Shown: positions 1 to 11,604, counted from the first letter of the stretch. The stretch: DNA of 64,000 nucleotides from Ignavibacteriales bacterium (GCA_016218025.1 JACRFD010000077.1:797-64796); one strand, 5' to 3'. Translations and numbers: made by a program. The notes: a model not told the origin generated them from the sequence alone.

Positions 1-3000
1 TATTTGATATTGCATGTGTCGATCAATACAGTGTATCTCTTGTGTCTCAACTCAATCCTTCAAATTTTCTTGGTGACAAACTAAAGAGCAATAATGTATA
101 TTTCTCGGGATCGACATCATACGACGTAAACAACCATTCCTTTCCCAAGCTATATGCTCCGTCAAAATGGCTCTCAAGTTCAAGTATTATACATTTAGAT
201 AGCACAACATTCCCCGTAAGGAATGAAAATTCATTAATGAAATATTCATTCAACATGGCTGAGGTTATACATTCACCCGGCGAAGTAGGACTTGCGATCC
301 TGTCAGATTTGGGATGGCCTGTAAATAGAATTATCACTCCCATATCCCCATTTGGTGGTGAGATTTTACGAAAGGGTTCGACTTATAATATCCGCTGGAG
401 TGATAGTAAGGGCGGTGGATTAATTTTGAAATTGTTACGTAAAGGAACTGATGGTAATTACTTTCAAATTAAAAACGTATGCGATACATTGATTAATAGC
501 AATATCGGCAGAAATGAATATTCATGGACAGTTGATACATTGGTAGATGATGGAGATTTCAAGATTAAATTTTTGGATGAAACGTTTGGTTACGGATTAA
601 GTAATACTTTTACAATCATAACTCAGGTTGCCACTCCGCAATTTTCACCGCCTGAAGGTCAATTCGATTCCTCGCTATATGTTAAAATAAGCTGCTCAAC
701 ACAGGGGGCAGATATATGGTATACTCTAGACGGGACCATGCCGGATTCATCAAAATATAAATACACCGATTCAATTTGGGTTACATTTAGTAAAACTATT
801 AAAGCCCGTGCATATAAAATTGGAAGCCAACAGAGCAATATTGCGGAAGCAAAATATTATATTGGTCAAGGGATTGGTACACTTGATACAACTGGTCCAT
901 TGTCAGTAAATAACTCGAAGGGAGTAGTAAACAGTTCAAGGGGAATCAATTCGACAAGCTGCTCTGTTGGTAATATTTACTACTACGGTGAATACGCTCC
1001 AGTTCGTTGTTTTCTTGAATGGAATCTAACCAATATTGTCCCAATTGGTGCAAAAATTATAAGTGCGAGATTTGAAACCGCCGCTTCGGATTATGAGCTA
1101 CCTCCAACAATTAAAATTTATCATGTAAACGTTGATTTCTCTAAAGACACCACATTGTGGTCTGCATCTAATAACGGAACATTACTTGAGAATAATGTTT
1201 ATCTCTCTTGGGGTTTCAGTAAATCATACGATTCTGCAAGTACGTTTGTTACAAAATTAGAGCAAAGTTTACTGGATCAGAAATTTCAATTGGAATTTGT
1301 CTCAGAGCAGGAGACTTATGATGGAAGTTATATTGCCATTAATGCTTCGCAGACAAGATTATCAATAGTTTACAAGCTGCCAATACGTACAGTTACAATC
1401 AAGAACAATTTAGATGGAGCGTTTACAATTGATAGTATCAAAGTAAATGGGATTCAGTACCCATCGCCATATACAAATTCTTATCCATACGATACTGAAT
1501 TGACTATTGAAGCAACATTAAAAAAATTGAACTATTTGAGTGATAACTGGAAATTCAGGCAATGGAACGATGGAAGTGGACAATATTCCAAGAATATCAC
1601 CATCAAGGATCAATATGAATATACAGCCAACTTTGATAAAGTATATAATCTGACATTGAAAAATGATATGGAAGGAATTGAAAGCGGTCAGTTGATATAT
1701 GAAGGAAATACAATCCCCAGTGGTTATACAGATTTTGATGTTTTTATTAATCGTTCAAGAACTGTCAATGCGATCACTCCTCAAACTTATGCTGGGGTTA
1801 CTTGGAATTTTTACGGATGGAGCGACGGGGTTGATAGTATTGCGCGGCATATAACTGTTACAAGCACGCAGGAATATAAAGCTAAATATAAGGGTCATCT
1901 AATTTCTCAGACCTCATCAGCCACTAAGCTCAGCAGTCAACGCAAGATCGTGATTGAAGGAGATAAAAAATATGCGGTATATGAATCGGGAGGAATGATC
2001 TTTTTTATTTACGATTTAGGAGCTGGCTGGTCTAATGAATTTAGGGTAGGATATTCTACCTCCGCAAAAAATCCCTCTATAACATCTGATGCAAATTATG
2101 TTTATGTTGTTTGGGATGAAGGAACACCAGATGATAAGCATTATGTAATGATGTCAAAATTTTTTAAGAACGGGATTCCTGTGCCATTTAGTTGTGAACC
2201 GATTATGACTGGTATAAATACAAAATCAGATGATTATGTTACACCTGTAGTATGTGATGTTTTAAATGGTATTTGTCCACTTGGTACATTTGGCCCAGCG
2301 ATTATCTGGAGAGAAAAAACCGATCTTTATTCAGAATTATTATTATCAATTTACAATCGTTTTTCAAATCCTCATGTCTATTATAGAATTGCAACAAATG
2401 CAAAACAGCCATCTCTTATTAGATTTAATGATCAATATCTAGTAGTTTATGTGAATTCAGCGGGTCAAATTGAATATCAAAAGTTCAAGATTAATAGTAT
2501 TGGTGAAATGACAGATCAGACGACATCAATTTTATTGTCAGGCAGCTACACAGATTGTTCAAATCCTTCAATCACTACAAATTCTGATGGAAGGATATTT
2601 GTAGCATGGGATGGATTGAACGGATCAACTCGACATGTCTTTGTTAAAGAGTGTGATGCATCGGGTACATGGCTAACTACATCTGAATTTACTCATGGTA
2701 CACATTCATTGAGTTCTCCATCCATTGGAGTTGATAAGCAAACATTAAAAGTGAATGTAGTATTTGAGTGTGGAGATCATCTTGCACGAAAATCAAGATT
2801 ACTATCGAGCTCAACGTGGTACACATTATGCGATATGTGCCAAGGTTATGGTCCTGCAGTTTCATTTTTTGAGGATGATCCATATACGCCAACATATCCA
2901 ACCACTTACTTCACAAGCGGCACTAGTCAGCCGTATTCAATCATCTCTAATGTACTCGGCTCAATTCCTGCAACGCCAATCCAATCTACACCTGCCAATG

Positions 3001-3902
3001 AACAACAAAATGTAACCATCAATCCTACATTGATATGGAATTGCACTTTCGATGCTTCAACTTATCACCTGCAAGTTTCTAGAACTTCAGATTTTTCAGA
3101 AGATAATTTAATTGTAGATCGGCCTACACTTACAACTACTTCCTATCAACTCTCAAATCTTGCTTATTCATTTACATATTACTGGCGGATATCAGCAATA
3201 AATGAATCAGGTGAAAGCAATCCATCACCAACTTGGTCATTTACAACAATTCCGAATCCATTTCCTGCACCTTATTTATCCGGAATAAGAATCGCAGACG
3301 GAACGGTTTATCATCCGAAGTTAACATGGAGTACGGTCAGCGGTGCGGTTTCTTATGTACTCTATCGATATCAATGCGGCAGTACAGATGATTGCGACGA
3401 CGGTATTGACCAATCTTACGAAATCGTTTATCAAGGCACAGCATTAACATATACAGATCATTCGGTTGCAACCGTTGCAAAAGCAGGCAACGGTTCGGTT
3501 TGGTATATCGTAAGAGCTAAGAATAGTGCTAATGCATTAAGCGCAAGATCAAATCACAAAGGATTTTTCGTTTACTATGATATTGTTGATAAGAATGGCA
3601 CCAGAGAAGGCGAATTACCAACTAAAACAAAATTAGAAGCGAGTTATCCAAATCCATTCAATCCCATAACTACAATCCGATATCAACTTGCAGAGTCAGG
3701 TTATATTACTTTAGCTATATATAACGAACTTGGACAGGAGGTTGAAAAACTTGCTGGTGGATATCAGGAAGCAGGTTATTATGAACGAATCTGGGATGCA
3801 AAGAATAACCCGAGCGGCAGTTATTTTATTCGATTATTGATCACTGATGAAAATGGTAAAGCCCTTTACCTGAAGACAGAAAAAATTGTTGTGATGAAAT
3901 AA
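1..3902 (+). CDS. Large secreted surface protein with T9SS C-terminal sorting domain; 5' end probably lies outside the window
   Basis: ORF 42..3902. The same frame has no stop from nt 3 to 42, and the GTG-start product has no signal peptide. GADIWYTLDGTMPDSS...IKARAYKIG resembles a chitobiase/hexosaminidase C-terminal (Fn3-associated) domain. Two Fn3-like segments lie near the C-terminus. The tail SYPNPFNPITTIRYQL...IVVMK is T9SS-type. Confidence 0.7.
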   Translation, partial: FDIACVDQYSVSLVSQLNPSNFLGDKLKSNNVYFSGSTSYDVNNHSFPKLYAPSKWLSSSSIIHLDSTTFPVRNENSLMKYSFNMAEVIHSPGEVGLAILSDLGWPVNRIITPISPFGGEILRKGSTYNIRWSDSKGGGLILKLLRKGTDGNYFQIKNVCDTLINSNIGRNEYSWTVDTLVDDGDFKIKFLDETFGYGLSNTFTIITQVATPQFSPPEGQFDSSLYVKISCSTQGADIWYTLDGTMPDSSKYKYTDSIWVTFSKTIKARAYKIGSQQSNIAEAKYYIGQGIGTLDTTGPLSVNNSKGVVNSSRGINSTSCSVGNIYYYGEYAPVRCFLEWNLTNIVPIGAKIISARFETAASDYELPPTIKIYHVNVDFSKDTTLWSASNNGTLLENNVYLSWGFSKSYDSASTFVTKLEQSLLDQKFQLEFVSEQETYDGSYIAINASQTRLSIVYKLPIRTVTIKNNLDGAFTIDSIKVNGIQYPSPYTNSYPYDTELTIEATLKKLNYLSDNWKFRQWNDGSGQYSKNITIKDQYEYTANFDKVYNLTLKNDMEGIESGQLIYEGNTIPSGYTDFDVFINRSRTVNAITPQTYAGVTWNFYGWSDGVDSIARHITVTSTQEYKAKYKGHLISQTSSATKLSSQRKIVIEGDKKYAVYESGGMIFFIYDLGAGWSNEFRVGYSTSAKNPSITSDANYVYVVWDEGTPDDKHYVMMSKFFKNGIPVPFSCEPIMTGINTKSDDYVTPVVCDVLNGICPLGTFGPAIIWREKTDLYSELLLSIYNRFSNPHVYYRIATNAKQPSLIRFNDQYLVVYVNSAGQIEYQKFKINSIGEMTDQTTSILLSGSYTDCSNPSITTNSDGRIFVAWDGLNGSTRHVFVKECDASGTWLTTSEFTHGTHSLSSPSIGVDKQTLKVNVVFECGDHLARKSRLLSSSTWYTLCDMCQGYGPAVSFFEDDPYTPTYPTTYFTSGTSQPYSIISNVLGSIPATPIQSTPANEQQNVTINPTLIWNCTFDASTYHLQVSRTSDFSEDNLIVDRPTLTTTSYQLSNLAYSFTYYWRISAINESGESNPSPTWSFTTIPNPFPAPYLSGIRIADGTVYHPKLTWSTVSGAVSYVLYRYQCGSTDDCDDGIDQSYEIVYQGTALTYTDHSVATVAKAGNGSVWYIVRAKNSANALSARSNHKGFFVYYDIVDKNGTREGELPTKTKLEASYPNPFNPITTIRYQLAESGYITLAIYNELGQEVEKLAGGYQEAGYYERIWDAKNNPSGSYFIRLLITDENGKALYLKTEKIVVMK

Positions 3903-3924
3903 TAAACATAACTGAAATCTTGTC

Positions 3925-3980
3925 AAACCTCCGATTTTTTCTTTGCCTAATCGAAATTAAAATCGGAGGTTTACATTTTT
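3925..3980 (+). terminator. Intrinsic terminator after the T9SS cargo gene
   Basis: Arms aaacctccgatttt (3925-3938) and aaaatcggaggttt (3959-3972), followed by acatttttt. Confidence 0.6.
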
Positions 3981-4074
3981 TGCATCCATTTCCATCCTCT
4001 TGACTTTCCCCTTAAACTTTGGTAGTTTATATTTGTGATTAATTAACCCTAATACCCGCAAATCAAGGTTTTAA

Positions 4075-7000
4075 ATGAAATTACTAAAAATATTATTACC
4101 TCTTTTATTTGCAATATCATTTGCTTTCTCAGAACAGCCTGCTCAATTCGGCAGGTTGCTCTCTAAAAAATATATCGAGATGAAAACATTGGATCAAACG
4201 ATTGTGTTGATCTACTTAAAAGATAAAGGAACACCCAAAAACCTGCGGGAGCTAAATGCCTCCTCTTTAATATCCCAGAGATCGGCAAACAGGAGAATCA
4301 AAGCTTTAGGGAATAAATCTATTATAAGCGAGGCAGATCTCCCACTTGAGAATTCTTATATAAATGAAATTTCAAAAAATGTAATTCAAATCCGCCATCA
4401 CCTAAAATGGTTCAATGCGGTTACCGCTAAAGTTACCAAACAGCAAATCGATATTATCAAAACATTTCCATTCGTAAAAGAGATAGAACTTGTGGGAAGA
4501 TGGAGAAAAACTACGGGTGACGAAGATGAACAACCTATAAAATACTCTGATGAATCACCGACTACAAGCGGAACAACAAGTTTAGATTACGGAACATCGT
4601 ACACACAGGTAAATCAAATTAAAGTCCCGCAAGTGCACAATCTTGGCATCTACGGACAAGGTGTAGTTGTTTGTGTGTTAGATAACGGTTTTCGACTTTT
4701 AACACACGAATCTTTTGCATCGATGAATATAATTGCCCAGCACGATTTCGTAGATCACAAAGAAAGTGTAATTCCATATAATCCTAACACGGGTTTCGGA
4801 TCGCACGGCGTTAACACATTATCAACCATCGGCGGATACAAACCGGGGCAACTTATAGGACCTGCATTCAAAGCAGATTATATTTTAGCACGGACAGAAA
4901 ACGACTCGAGCGAAACTCCGATTGAAGAAGATAACTGGGCGGCGGCAATTCAGTGGGCGGACAGCATCGGCGTGGATGTTACAAGCACTTCGTTAGGATA
5001 TCTAACTTACGATGCACCTTACACAAGCTGGACCTGGGCAGATATGAACGGTAACACAACTTTGATAACGAAAGCCGCAGACAAAGCGGTTTCGCTTGGA
5101 ATTGTTGTAGTGAATTCTGCGGGAAATTCCGGCGCCGGTGATGGAATACATAATACTCTTGGTGCACCTGCAGACGGCGATAGTGTGATAGCCGCCGGTG
5201 CGGTTACTTCTACCGGCGTGCGGACATCATTCAGTTCCGTTGGACCGACTGCCGATGGCAGAACTAAACCCGACATCATGGCGATGGGCTCCGGCGTGAA
5301 GGTGGCAAGTTCAACTATCACTACCGGATATGGAACAGCAAGCGGAACATCTTTCTCATGCCCGCTTTCTGCAGGTGTTGCCGCGCTTATTTTGAGTGCA
5401 AATCCAACTTTAACACCGATGCAGGTGAGAGATGCAATGCGGAACACCGCAAGCAATGCCGCATCTCCGAATAATTTGATGGGCTGGGGAATTTTAAATA
5501 CCGATAGTGCAATCAAATATTTCGGCCCATTGCCGCTCGGGAAAATTTCGGGGAAGAAATTTATAGACGTCAATGGCAATGGATCATTGGATGCGGGTGA
5601 GCCGCCAATTGAAGGTACAAAAATATTTTTAAGCGGAGCCGGAACAGATTCAACAGTAACCGACAGTCAGGGTATTTATTATTTTGATTCTTTAGAAATT
5701 GGGAATTATAATATTTCGGCAGATTTACAGGCGGGCTGGGTTCGAACGACAAATCCTTCGTATTCAATTAATTTGTTACACGGAGTTGACACCGCAGGTT
5801 TTAATTTCGGAATATTTAAACTCGGATCGGTAAGTGGAACAGTGTTCAATGATTCAAATTATAATGGGATACTAGATCAAGGGGAATCCCGGTTGGCAAA
5901 CTGGAATTTGAGTCTTTCAGGACCGGCCACTTACCATGCAACATCAGACAGTTACGGGAATTTTTCATTCACTGATATCGGCACAGGCGCTTACACACTC
6001 TCGGAGAGCACTCAGGTCGGTTGGTCGAAAACCACACCCCTTGATTTCGGATATTTAATTGAGATAACAAGCGGAGTTGATACAAGCGGTTTTGTTTTTG
6101 GTAATTATTATTTATCAGACACAACAAGCCAAATTCGTACCGGCTGGAATCTTTTATCTTTACCGAACAAATTGACGGATCATAACCTGATGTCTATTTA
6201 TCCTTCCGCGATATCAGATGCTTTCATTTACGCTTATACTTACGTTCCTCTTGATACAGTACCTGAGAAGGTGGGTTTCTGGTTAAAATCAAGTCAAATC
6301 CAAAATATAATTATCGATGGTACACCACGTTTGATAGACACGATTGACGTTGTTGCAGGGTGGAATTTGATAGGAACGTTATCTGTGGCAATACCAAGAA
6401 AGACTGTAATTCAAATTCCTGACAGCATTATCACATCAGATTATTTTACCATATGGGATGGTGATTATGCCCCCGATACTTCTTTGAGGCCGCACTATGG
6501 TTATTGGGTTAAAACCAAATCATCAGGGAAGCTTGTTCTTAACGCTCTTGCAACTCAAACTGTTACATCGGTCCCCGCATGGAATCATACTCCTATCCCA
6601 TCGAACAGCATAACGATAGAAGACCGAATGGGTAATAATAAAATTCTCTATTTTGGTTTCGGGAATGAGTCTAAAAATTATTTAGAAAAGTATGAGCTTC
6701 CACCATCTCCACCGGATGGTATCTTCGATGTCCGTTTCTCTAACAATCAGCAGTTTGCGATCGCAGATGCATCTAAGAACATCTTCCCGATTACAATATC
6801 TTCTGCCGACTACCCGCTCACGATCAGATGGAAGACAAGCGATCTAAGCTGCCAAGCGTCTTTAATTATTGATGGAAATGGAATCAGATTGAATGAGGAA
6901 GGGAAAACTCAAATCTCAAATCAAGCATCTCAAATCCAACTCAAACTCTCTGATGAATCGCTTTCAGAGTTGCCAAGGAAATTCGAGCTTGAACAAAATT

Positions 7001-7254
7001 ATCCCAATCCGTTTAATCCAACAACTACTATTCGTTATCAATTATCTGTTTCAAGTTTTGCAACGCTGCGGGTGTATAACATTTTCGGTCAGGAAGTGAA
7101 AACATTATTTGAGGGATTTCAGGAAGCTGGCAATAAGTCGATTGAGTTCAAGTCAGAAAATCTCGCAAGCGGAATATATTATTATAAGCTGACTGCCAGT
7201 GCTTCGACAGGCTCAGCATTCATCGATGTGAAGAAGATGATTTTGATTCGGTAA
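4075..7254 (+). CDS. Subtilisin-family (S8) serine peptidase with SdrD/Cna-B-like repeats and T9SS C-terminal sorting domain
   Basis: Signal peptide present. Catalytic triad contexts are VCVLDNGF (Asp), GSHGVNTLSTIGG (His) and GTSFSCPLSAGVAALIL (Ser). Two segments match 'F.D.N.NG..D.GE' repeats. The tail NYPNPFNPTTTIRYQL...MILIR is T9SS-type. Confidence 0.9.
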   Translation: MKLLKILLPLLFAISFAFSEQPAQFGRLLSKKYIEMKTLDQTIVLIYLKDKGTPKNLRELNASSLISQRSANRRIKALGNKSIISEADLPLENSYINEISKNVIQIRHHLKWFNAVTAKVTKQQIDIIKTFPFVKEIELVGRWRKTTGDEDEQPIKYSDESPTTSGTTSLDYGTSYTQVNQIKVPQVHNLGIYGQGVVVCVLDNGFRLLTHESFASMNIIAQHDFVDHKESVIPYNPNTGFGSHGVNTLSTIGGYKPGQLIGPAFKADYILARTENDSSETPIEEDNWAAAIQWADSIGVDVTSTSLGYLTYDAPYTSWTWADMNGNTTLITKAADKAVSLGIVVVNSAGNSGAGDGIHNTLGAPADGDSVIAAGAVTSTGVRTSFSSVGPTADGRTKPDIMAMGSGVKVASSTITTGYGTASGTSFSCPLSAGVAALILSANPTLTPMQVRDAMRNTASNAASPNNLMGWGILNTDSAIKYFGPLPLGKISGKKFIDVNGNGSLDAGEPPIEGTKIFLSGAGTDSTVTDSQGIYYFDSLEIGNYNISADLQAGWVRTTNPSYSINLLHGVDTAGFNFGIFKLGSVSGTVFNDSNYNGILDQGESRLANWNLSLSGPATYHATSDSYGNFSFTDIGTGAYTLSESTQVGWSKTTPLDFGYLIEITSGVDTSGFVFGNYYLSDTTSQIRTGWNLLSLPNKLTDHNLMSIYPSAISDAFIYAYTYVPLDTVPEKVGFWLKSSQIQNIIIDGTPRLIDTIDVVAGWNLIGTLSVAIPRKTVIQIPDSIITSDYFTIWDGDYAPDTSLRPHYGYWVKTKSSGKLVLNALATQTVTSVPAWNHTPIPSNSITIEDRMGNNKILYFGFGNESKNYLEKYELPPSPPDGIFDVRFSNNQQFAIADASKNIFPITISSADYPLTIRWKTSDLSCQASLIIDGNGIRLNEEGKTQISNQASQIQLKLSDESLSELPRKFELEQNYPNPFNPTTTIRYQLSVSSFATLRVYNIFGQEVKTLFEGFQEAGNKSIEFKSENLASGIYYYKLTASASTGSAFIDVKKMILIR

Positions 7255-7422
7255 AGGAAATGGGTTTTAAAGAATGAGATTCTTCTTGATTAAAAACAGA
7301 TCGGAATCAATCCTTTTTAGAAAAAATTTCTTCCCTATTTTAGTTATTGGGCAAAAGCTAAAGAGAATGGAATATTGATTTTGAAGTAAACTGAATTCAA
7401 AAAATAATCAAGAAAAATTACG

Positions 7423-7495
7423 CCTATCTCCGGGATCCCACCGTGATTCGCTTTAATCCCGAAGCAATCACTACCCGGGGATAGGCTTTTTATTC
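7423..7495 (+). terminator. Long compound hairpin with T-run (terminator or small-RNA 3' end)
   Basis: gcctatctccggg (7423-7435) pairs with cccggggataggc (one G-U pair). An inner stem is gtgatt(c)gc/gcaatcac. The structure is followed by tttttatt and lies ~170 nt after the S8 gene stop. Confidence 0.45.
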
Positions 7496-7872
7496 CACTC
7501 TATTTTATTGGAGACACAAATTCTTTACCTCTCTCTATATATATATGTACACCGAAACATGCAAGCGTATTGAGAACATCTTTGATTGGAGATGGAAAAG
7601 ATCAATAGGTAAAGCTGTTATGGCGGTAAGAATTCCTCCCAAATTGAATATTAAGTGAGTTTTCCGGCATATCCCTCCCCATCAAAAATTGCAGGTTGAT
7701 TTTAGTTAAACATCTTTGTATCATAAAAGAGTTGATCCTATCGCGATCAGGATAGTTGGTTTAGAATACAAGGGGCATATATATAGATTTTGAGAACGGC
7801 AGGATAATAAATCGATATGTCTATAATAAACATACTATCAACAGGTAACACAAAAATCGAAGGAAGCACCGC

Positions 7873-10800
7873 ATGAAAAATTCTTCTCTTCGTTTTCCCA
7901 TTTCGACTGTTATCATCTACGCCATAGTGGGCGGCTTATGGATATTGCTTTCCGATAGACTTATTGAATTCTATACAATCGATATCAAAACTCTTACATT
8001 ATTGCAAACATACAAAGGGTGGGTATTCATTTTTATAACCGCCTTGTTACTCTACGTGCTATTGTTACGAAAATTCAAACTGCTCAATCAATCGTTTGCC
8101 AAACAAAAGAAAGCGGAAGAAGATTTGCGCGGCACCCAAGAACAGTATTCAAAACTTGTTGCCGAAATCCCTGTCGGGGTTTATCGCTTTCGCACAACAA
8201 ATAATAAAGAGATGAAGTTTGAATATGTAAGTCCGCGGTTTTGTGAAATGCTCGGTGTTACGGCTGAAAAAGTATATGCAGATGCGCAATCTGCTTTCAG
8301 AGCAATTCATGCAGACGAGTTGAATGATTTCATTCGTCTTAATTCCGAAGTGATGCAAACAAAACAGCCGTTCGTTTGGGAAGGGAGAGCTGTTGTCGGA
8401 GGTAAAATTAAATGGCTGCACATCGAGTCGACTCCCGAACTGTTGGAGAATGGCGATATTATGTGGAATGGCATTCAAACGGATATCAGCGATCGGATGC
8501 AAAGTGAAAAACGATTTCAAACGCTCTCGGAAGTCTCTCCAGTGGGAATATTTCGTACCGATATTAACGGTGATACAACGTATGTGAATCCTCGATGGAG
8601 TATGATATCCGGATTATCAGGGACTGAAGCATTGGGAAGAGGCTGGCTGAATGCCGTACATAAAGAAGATCGAGAAAAGATAATCGCCGAATGGAAAAAA
8701 GCGACACAAATCCATGTGGCATCTACATTAGAATATCGTTTCGTTCATCCAGATGGAAAAGTAGTCTGGGTAATCGGACAAGCTGTCCCTGAACGAAATT
8801 CAGACAATCAAATAGTGGGATATATCGGCACCGTAACAGATATCACCGAACGCAAGAAAGTAGAAGAAGCGTTGCAGAGAAGCGAACGCCGGCTTTCCTC
8901 TATCTATGATACTGTCGGCGATGTGATTTTCCATTTGGCGGTCGAGGCAGACGGGAATTATCGTTTTAGTTCGGTCAATAAAGCATTCTGTAATGTCACG
9001 GGATTGACTGAGGAAATGATAGTTGGGAAATTGGTTAATGAAGTTATCCCCGAACCCTCACGTTCGATAGTCCTTGGAAAATATCGGCAAGCAATTGCAG
9101 AAAATTCAACTATCCGATGGGAAGAGATTTCTGATTATCCAACCGGACGATTAATCGGCGATGTAAGTGTTGCCCCCGTTGTTGATAGTGAAGGACGCTG
9201 TACTCATCTTGTTGGCTCAGTTCACGATATCACCGAGCGCAAGCAGGCTGAGGAAGCACTTCGGGAAAGCGAATCCAAGTATCGAACTCTTTTCGAGTCG
9301 GCTAACGATGCTATTTTCTTGATGGATCAGAATATTTTTATAGACAGTAACGCAAAAGCCCTAGAGATGTTTGGTTGTACCCAGGAACAGATCATTGGAC
9401 AGCATCCTTACCGGTTCTCCCCGAATGTGCAACCTGATGGGCGAAACTCCATGGAGAAAGCACTGGAGAAGATCAATGCGGCACTCACAGGTCAGTCCCA
9501 GTTCTTTGAATGGCAACACAGACGTTATGATGGAACGCTGTTTGATGCGGAGGTCAGCCTGAATATCATCAGTACTTTCGGCAAAGACTACCTTATGGCA
9601 ATCGTTCGTGACATCACCGAGCGCAAGATGGTTGAGGAAGCGCTACGGGAGAGTGAAGAGAAGTTCGCCAGAGCCTTCAATTCGTCTCCTGATTCAATCA
9701 CACTTTCGCATATCGATACGGGTAAGTTGCTGGAAGTCAACACAGGATTCGAACGCATGTTTGGTTATTCAAGAGATGAAGCGATCGGAAGGTCAAGTCT
9801 TGACTTGGATTTGTATGCCAACCCTGCAGATCGTAGTCGAATGATTCAAATTCTAAAACAAGATGGCAAAGTTCAGGAACTGGAGATCGAAGGTCGCCGA
9901 AAGTCCGGTGAAATCCTGACCGCTCTGCTCTCAGTAGAAACGACAGAGGTTGGAGGAAGGTCCTTGATAGTCACGACTGTTCGCGACATCACTGACCGTA
10001 AGCAGGCGGAAGAAACAATCTACCAAAGCGAACAACGTTATAAACAATTACTCGAATCTATCACCGATTATACATACTCTGTTGAAATACAAAATGGTTA
10101 TCCTGTGAAAACCGTTCACGCACCCAGTTGCGAAAAGGTCACCGGCTACACGCCTGCCGACTACTCAGCGATGCCAAAGCTCTGGCTTCAAATGGTACAC
10201 CCCGGCGATCGGAATATTGTTGAGCATTACGCCGATCCTCTATGTGCAGGGAAACAAATTCCGGCTCTTGAGCATCGCATAGTCCACAAAAATGGATCTA
10301 TCCGTTGGGTTCGAAACACATATGTCCTGAAACATGATGCAAACGGAAAAGTCATTGGATACGATGGGCTAATATCGGATATTACCGAACGTAAACTCGC
10401 AGAGATTGAAATTCAGAAGTTGAATGCCGAACTCGAGCAACGTGTTGTCGAGCGAACCGCTCAATTAGAAGCGGCAAATAAAGAATTGGAAGCGTTTTCC
10501 TATTCTGTTTCCCACGATTTACGGGCACCATTGCGGCACGCCAGCGGATATGTCGATTTACTTGTGAAGAAGCACAAACCAGATCTTTCAGAAAAGGGAC
10601 AGCATTATCTTAACTCGATTGAAGATTCTGTTCGTCAGATGGGTGCGCTCATAGACGACCTGCTGCAATTCTCCAGAACCAGTCGACAGGAGATGCAGCA
10701 AACCAATCTGGATATGAGTACAGTGTTTCAGGAAGCATTTGATTCAATACAACGTGATAACACCGTACGCAATATCGAATGGGTCACCCCTGTTTTGCCT

Positions 10801-11148
10801 CGAGTCTTCGGTGACCACGCTCTGCTACGCTTGGTTTGGTTCAATTTGCTGAGCAATGCGGTCAAGTTCACTCGAACAAAAGAGAAAGCGAAGATAGAAA
10901 TTGGAGTTAATGAAGAGAAAAAGGAATTTATTTTCTTTGTACGCGATAATGGTGTGGGATTCGATATGCAGTATGCTCAAAAATTGTTTGGCGTATTTCA
11001 GCGACTCCATTCCACAGAAGAATTTGAAGGAACCGGCATCGGGCTTGCAAACGTCCGCCGAATCATTTTAAAGCACGGTGGACGCACCTGGGCTGAAGCA
11101 GAATTAGATAAAGGAGCTACATTTTATTTTTCATTGCCAAAAACATAA
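7873..11148 (+). CDS. Membrane-anchored multi-PAS sensor histidine kinase
   Basis: Two N-terminal TM helices. At least five PAS/PAC units are separated by 'DITERK..EEAL..SE' linkers. HisKA H-box is [13 protein letters not shown]. HATPase motifs are [15 protein letters not shown] and GTGIGLA. Confidence 0.9.
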   Translation: MKNSSLRFPISTVIIYAIVGGLWILLSDRLIEFYTIDIKTLTLLQTYKGWVFIFITALLLYVLLLRKFKLLNQSFAKQKKAEEDLRGTQEQYSKLVAEIPVGVYRFRTTNNKEMKFEYVSPRFCEMLGVTAEKVYADAQSAFRAIHADELNDFIRLNSEVMQTKQPFVWEGRAVVGGKIKWLHIESTPELLENGDIMWNGIQTDISDRMQSEKRFQTLSEVSPVGIFRTDINGDTTYVNPRWSMISGLSGTEALGRGWLNAVHKEDREKIIAEWKKATQIHVASTLEYRFVHPDGKVVWVIGQAVPERNSDNQIVGYIGTVTDITERKKVEEALQRSERRLSSIYDTVGDVIFHLAVEADGNYRFSSVNKAFCNVTGLTEEMIVGKLVNEVIPEPSRSIVLGKYRQAIAENSTIRWEEISDYPTGRLIGDVSVAPVVDSEGRCTHLVGSVHDITERKQAEEALRESESKYRTLFESANDAIFLMDQNIFIDSNAKALEMFGCTQEQIIGQHPYRFSPNVQPDGRNSMEKALEKINAALTGQSQFFEWQHRRYDGTLFDAEVSLNIISTFGKDYLMAIVRDITERKMVEEALRESEEKFARAFNSSPDSITLSHIDTGKLLEVNTGFERMFGYSRDEAIGRSSLDLDLYANPADRSRMIQILKQDGKVQELEIEGRRKSGEILTALLSVETTEVGGRSLIVTTVRDITDRKQAEETIYQSEQRYKQLLESITDYTYSVEIQNGYPVKTVHAPSCEKVTGYTPADYSAMPKLWLQMVHPGDRNIVEHYADPLCAGKQIPALEHRIVHKNGSIRWVRNTYVLKHDANGKVIGYDGLISDITERKLAEIEIQKLNAELEQRVVERTAQLEAANKELEAFSYSVSHDLRAPLRHASGYVDLLVKKHKPDLSEKGQHYLNSIEDSVRQMGALIDDLLQFSRTSRQEMQQTNLDMSTVFQEAFDSIQRDNTVRNIEWVTPVLPRVFGDHALLRLVWFNLLSNAVKFTRTKEKAKIEIGVNEEKKEFIFFVRDNGVGFDMQYAQKLFGVFQRLHSTEEFEGTGIGLANVRRIILKHGGRTWAEAELDKGATFYFSLPKT

Positions 11149-11160
11149 GGAGAATTAGAC

Positions 11161-11604
11161 ATGATTGATTTAAGGACTATATTGCTCGTTGAAGATAATC
11201 CGAAAGATGTCGAATTGACTCTTGAGGCACTGGCTGAACACAACCTTGCCAACAGAGTTACAGTAGCTAAAGACGGCGTAGAGGCAATGGAATATCTGCG
11301 TTGCGAAGGTAAATACAAATTACGAAATCCGGAGCAACCGGCAGTAATACTTTTGGATATTAAAATGCCGCGCATGGATGGCATTGAAGTGCTTCAAGCT
11401 ATTCGGGGTGATGGCAAACTGAAAAAGATTCCGGTTGTTATGCTCACTTCCTCTCGCGAGGGTCCTGATCTAAAAAAGTGCTACGACCTCGGAGCCAATG
11501 CGTATGTGGTAAAGCCGGTAGATTTTGAAAATTTTATTGAAGCTGTGAAACAGGTTGGTGTTTTTTGGGCAGTTATTAACGAACTACCGCCAGAGAGGGT
11601 GTAA
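11161..11604 (+). CDS. Single-domain response regulator (CheY-like receiver)
   Basis: ILLVEDNPKDVEL..., the phospho-acceptor context VILLDIKMPRMDG, and SSREGPD...GANAYVVKP. Confidence 0.9.
   Translation: MIDLRTILLVEDNPKDVELTLEALAEHNLANRVTVAKDGVEAMEYLRCEGKYKLRNPEQPAVILLDIKMPRMDGIEVLQAIRGDGKLKKIPVVMLTSSREGPDLKKCYDLGANAYVVKPVDFENFIEAVKQVGVFWAVINELPPERV

Noticed and set aside
5019-5579. 186-aa ORF antisense to the S8 protease gene, together with the nearby antisense ORFs 4979..5167 and 5570..5767
   Set aside because: It lies entirely inside a well-supported gene on the opposite strand. Its composition (Pro/Ala/Val-rich) is the mirror of the sense codons. It has no motif.
7531-7547. (CT)3(TA)5 microsatellite, with a second atatatata at ~7777
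   Set aside because: Short simple repeats in AT-rich spacer DNA. They are too short to support any claim.
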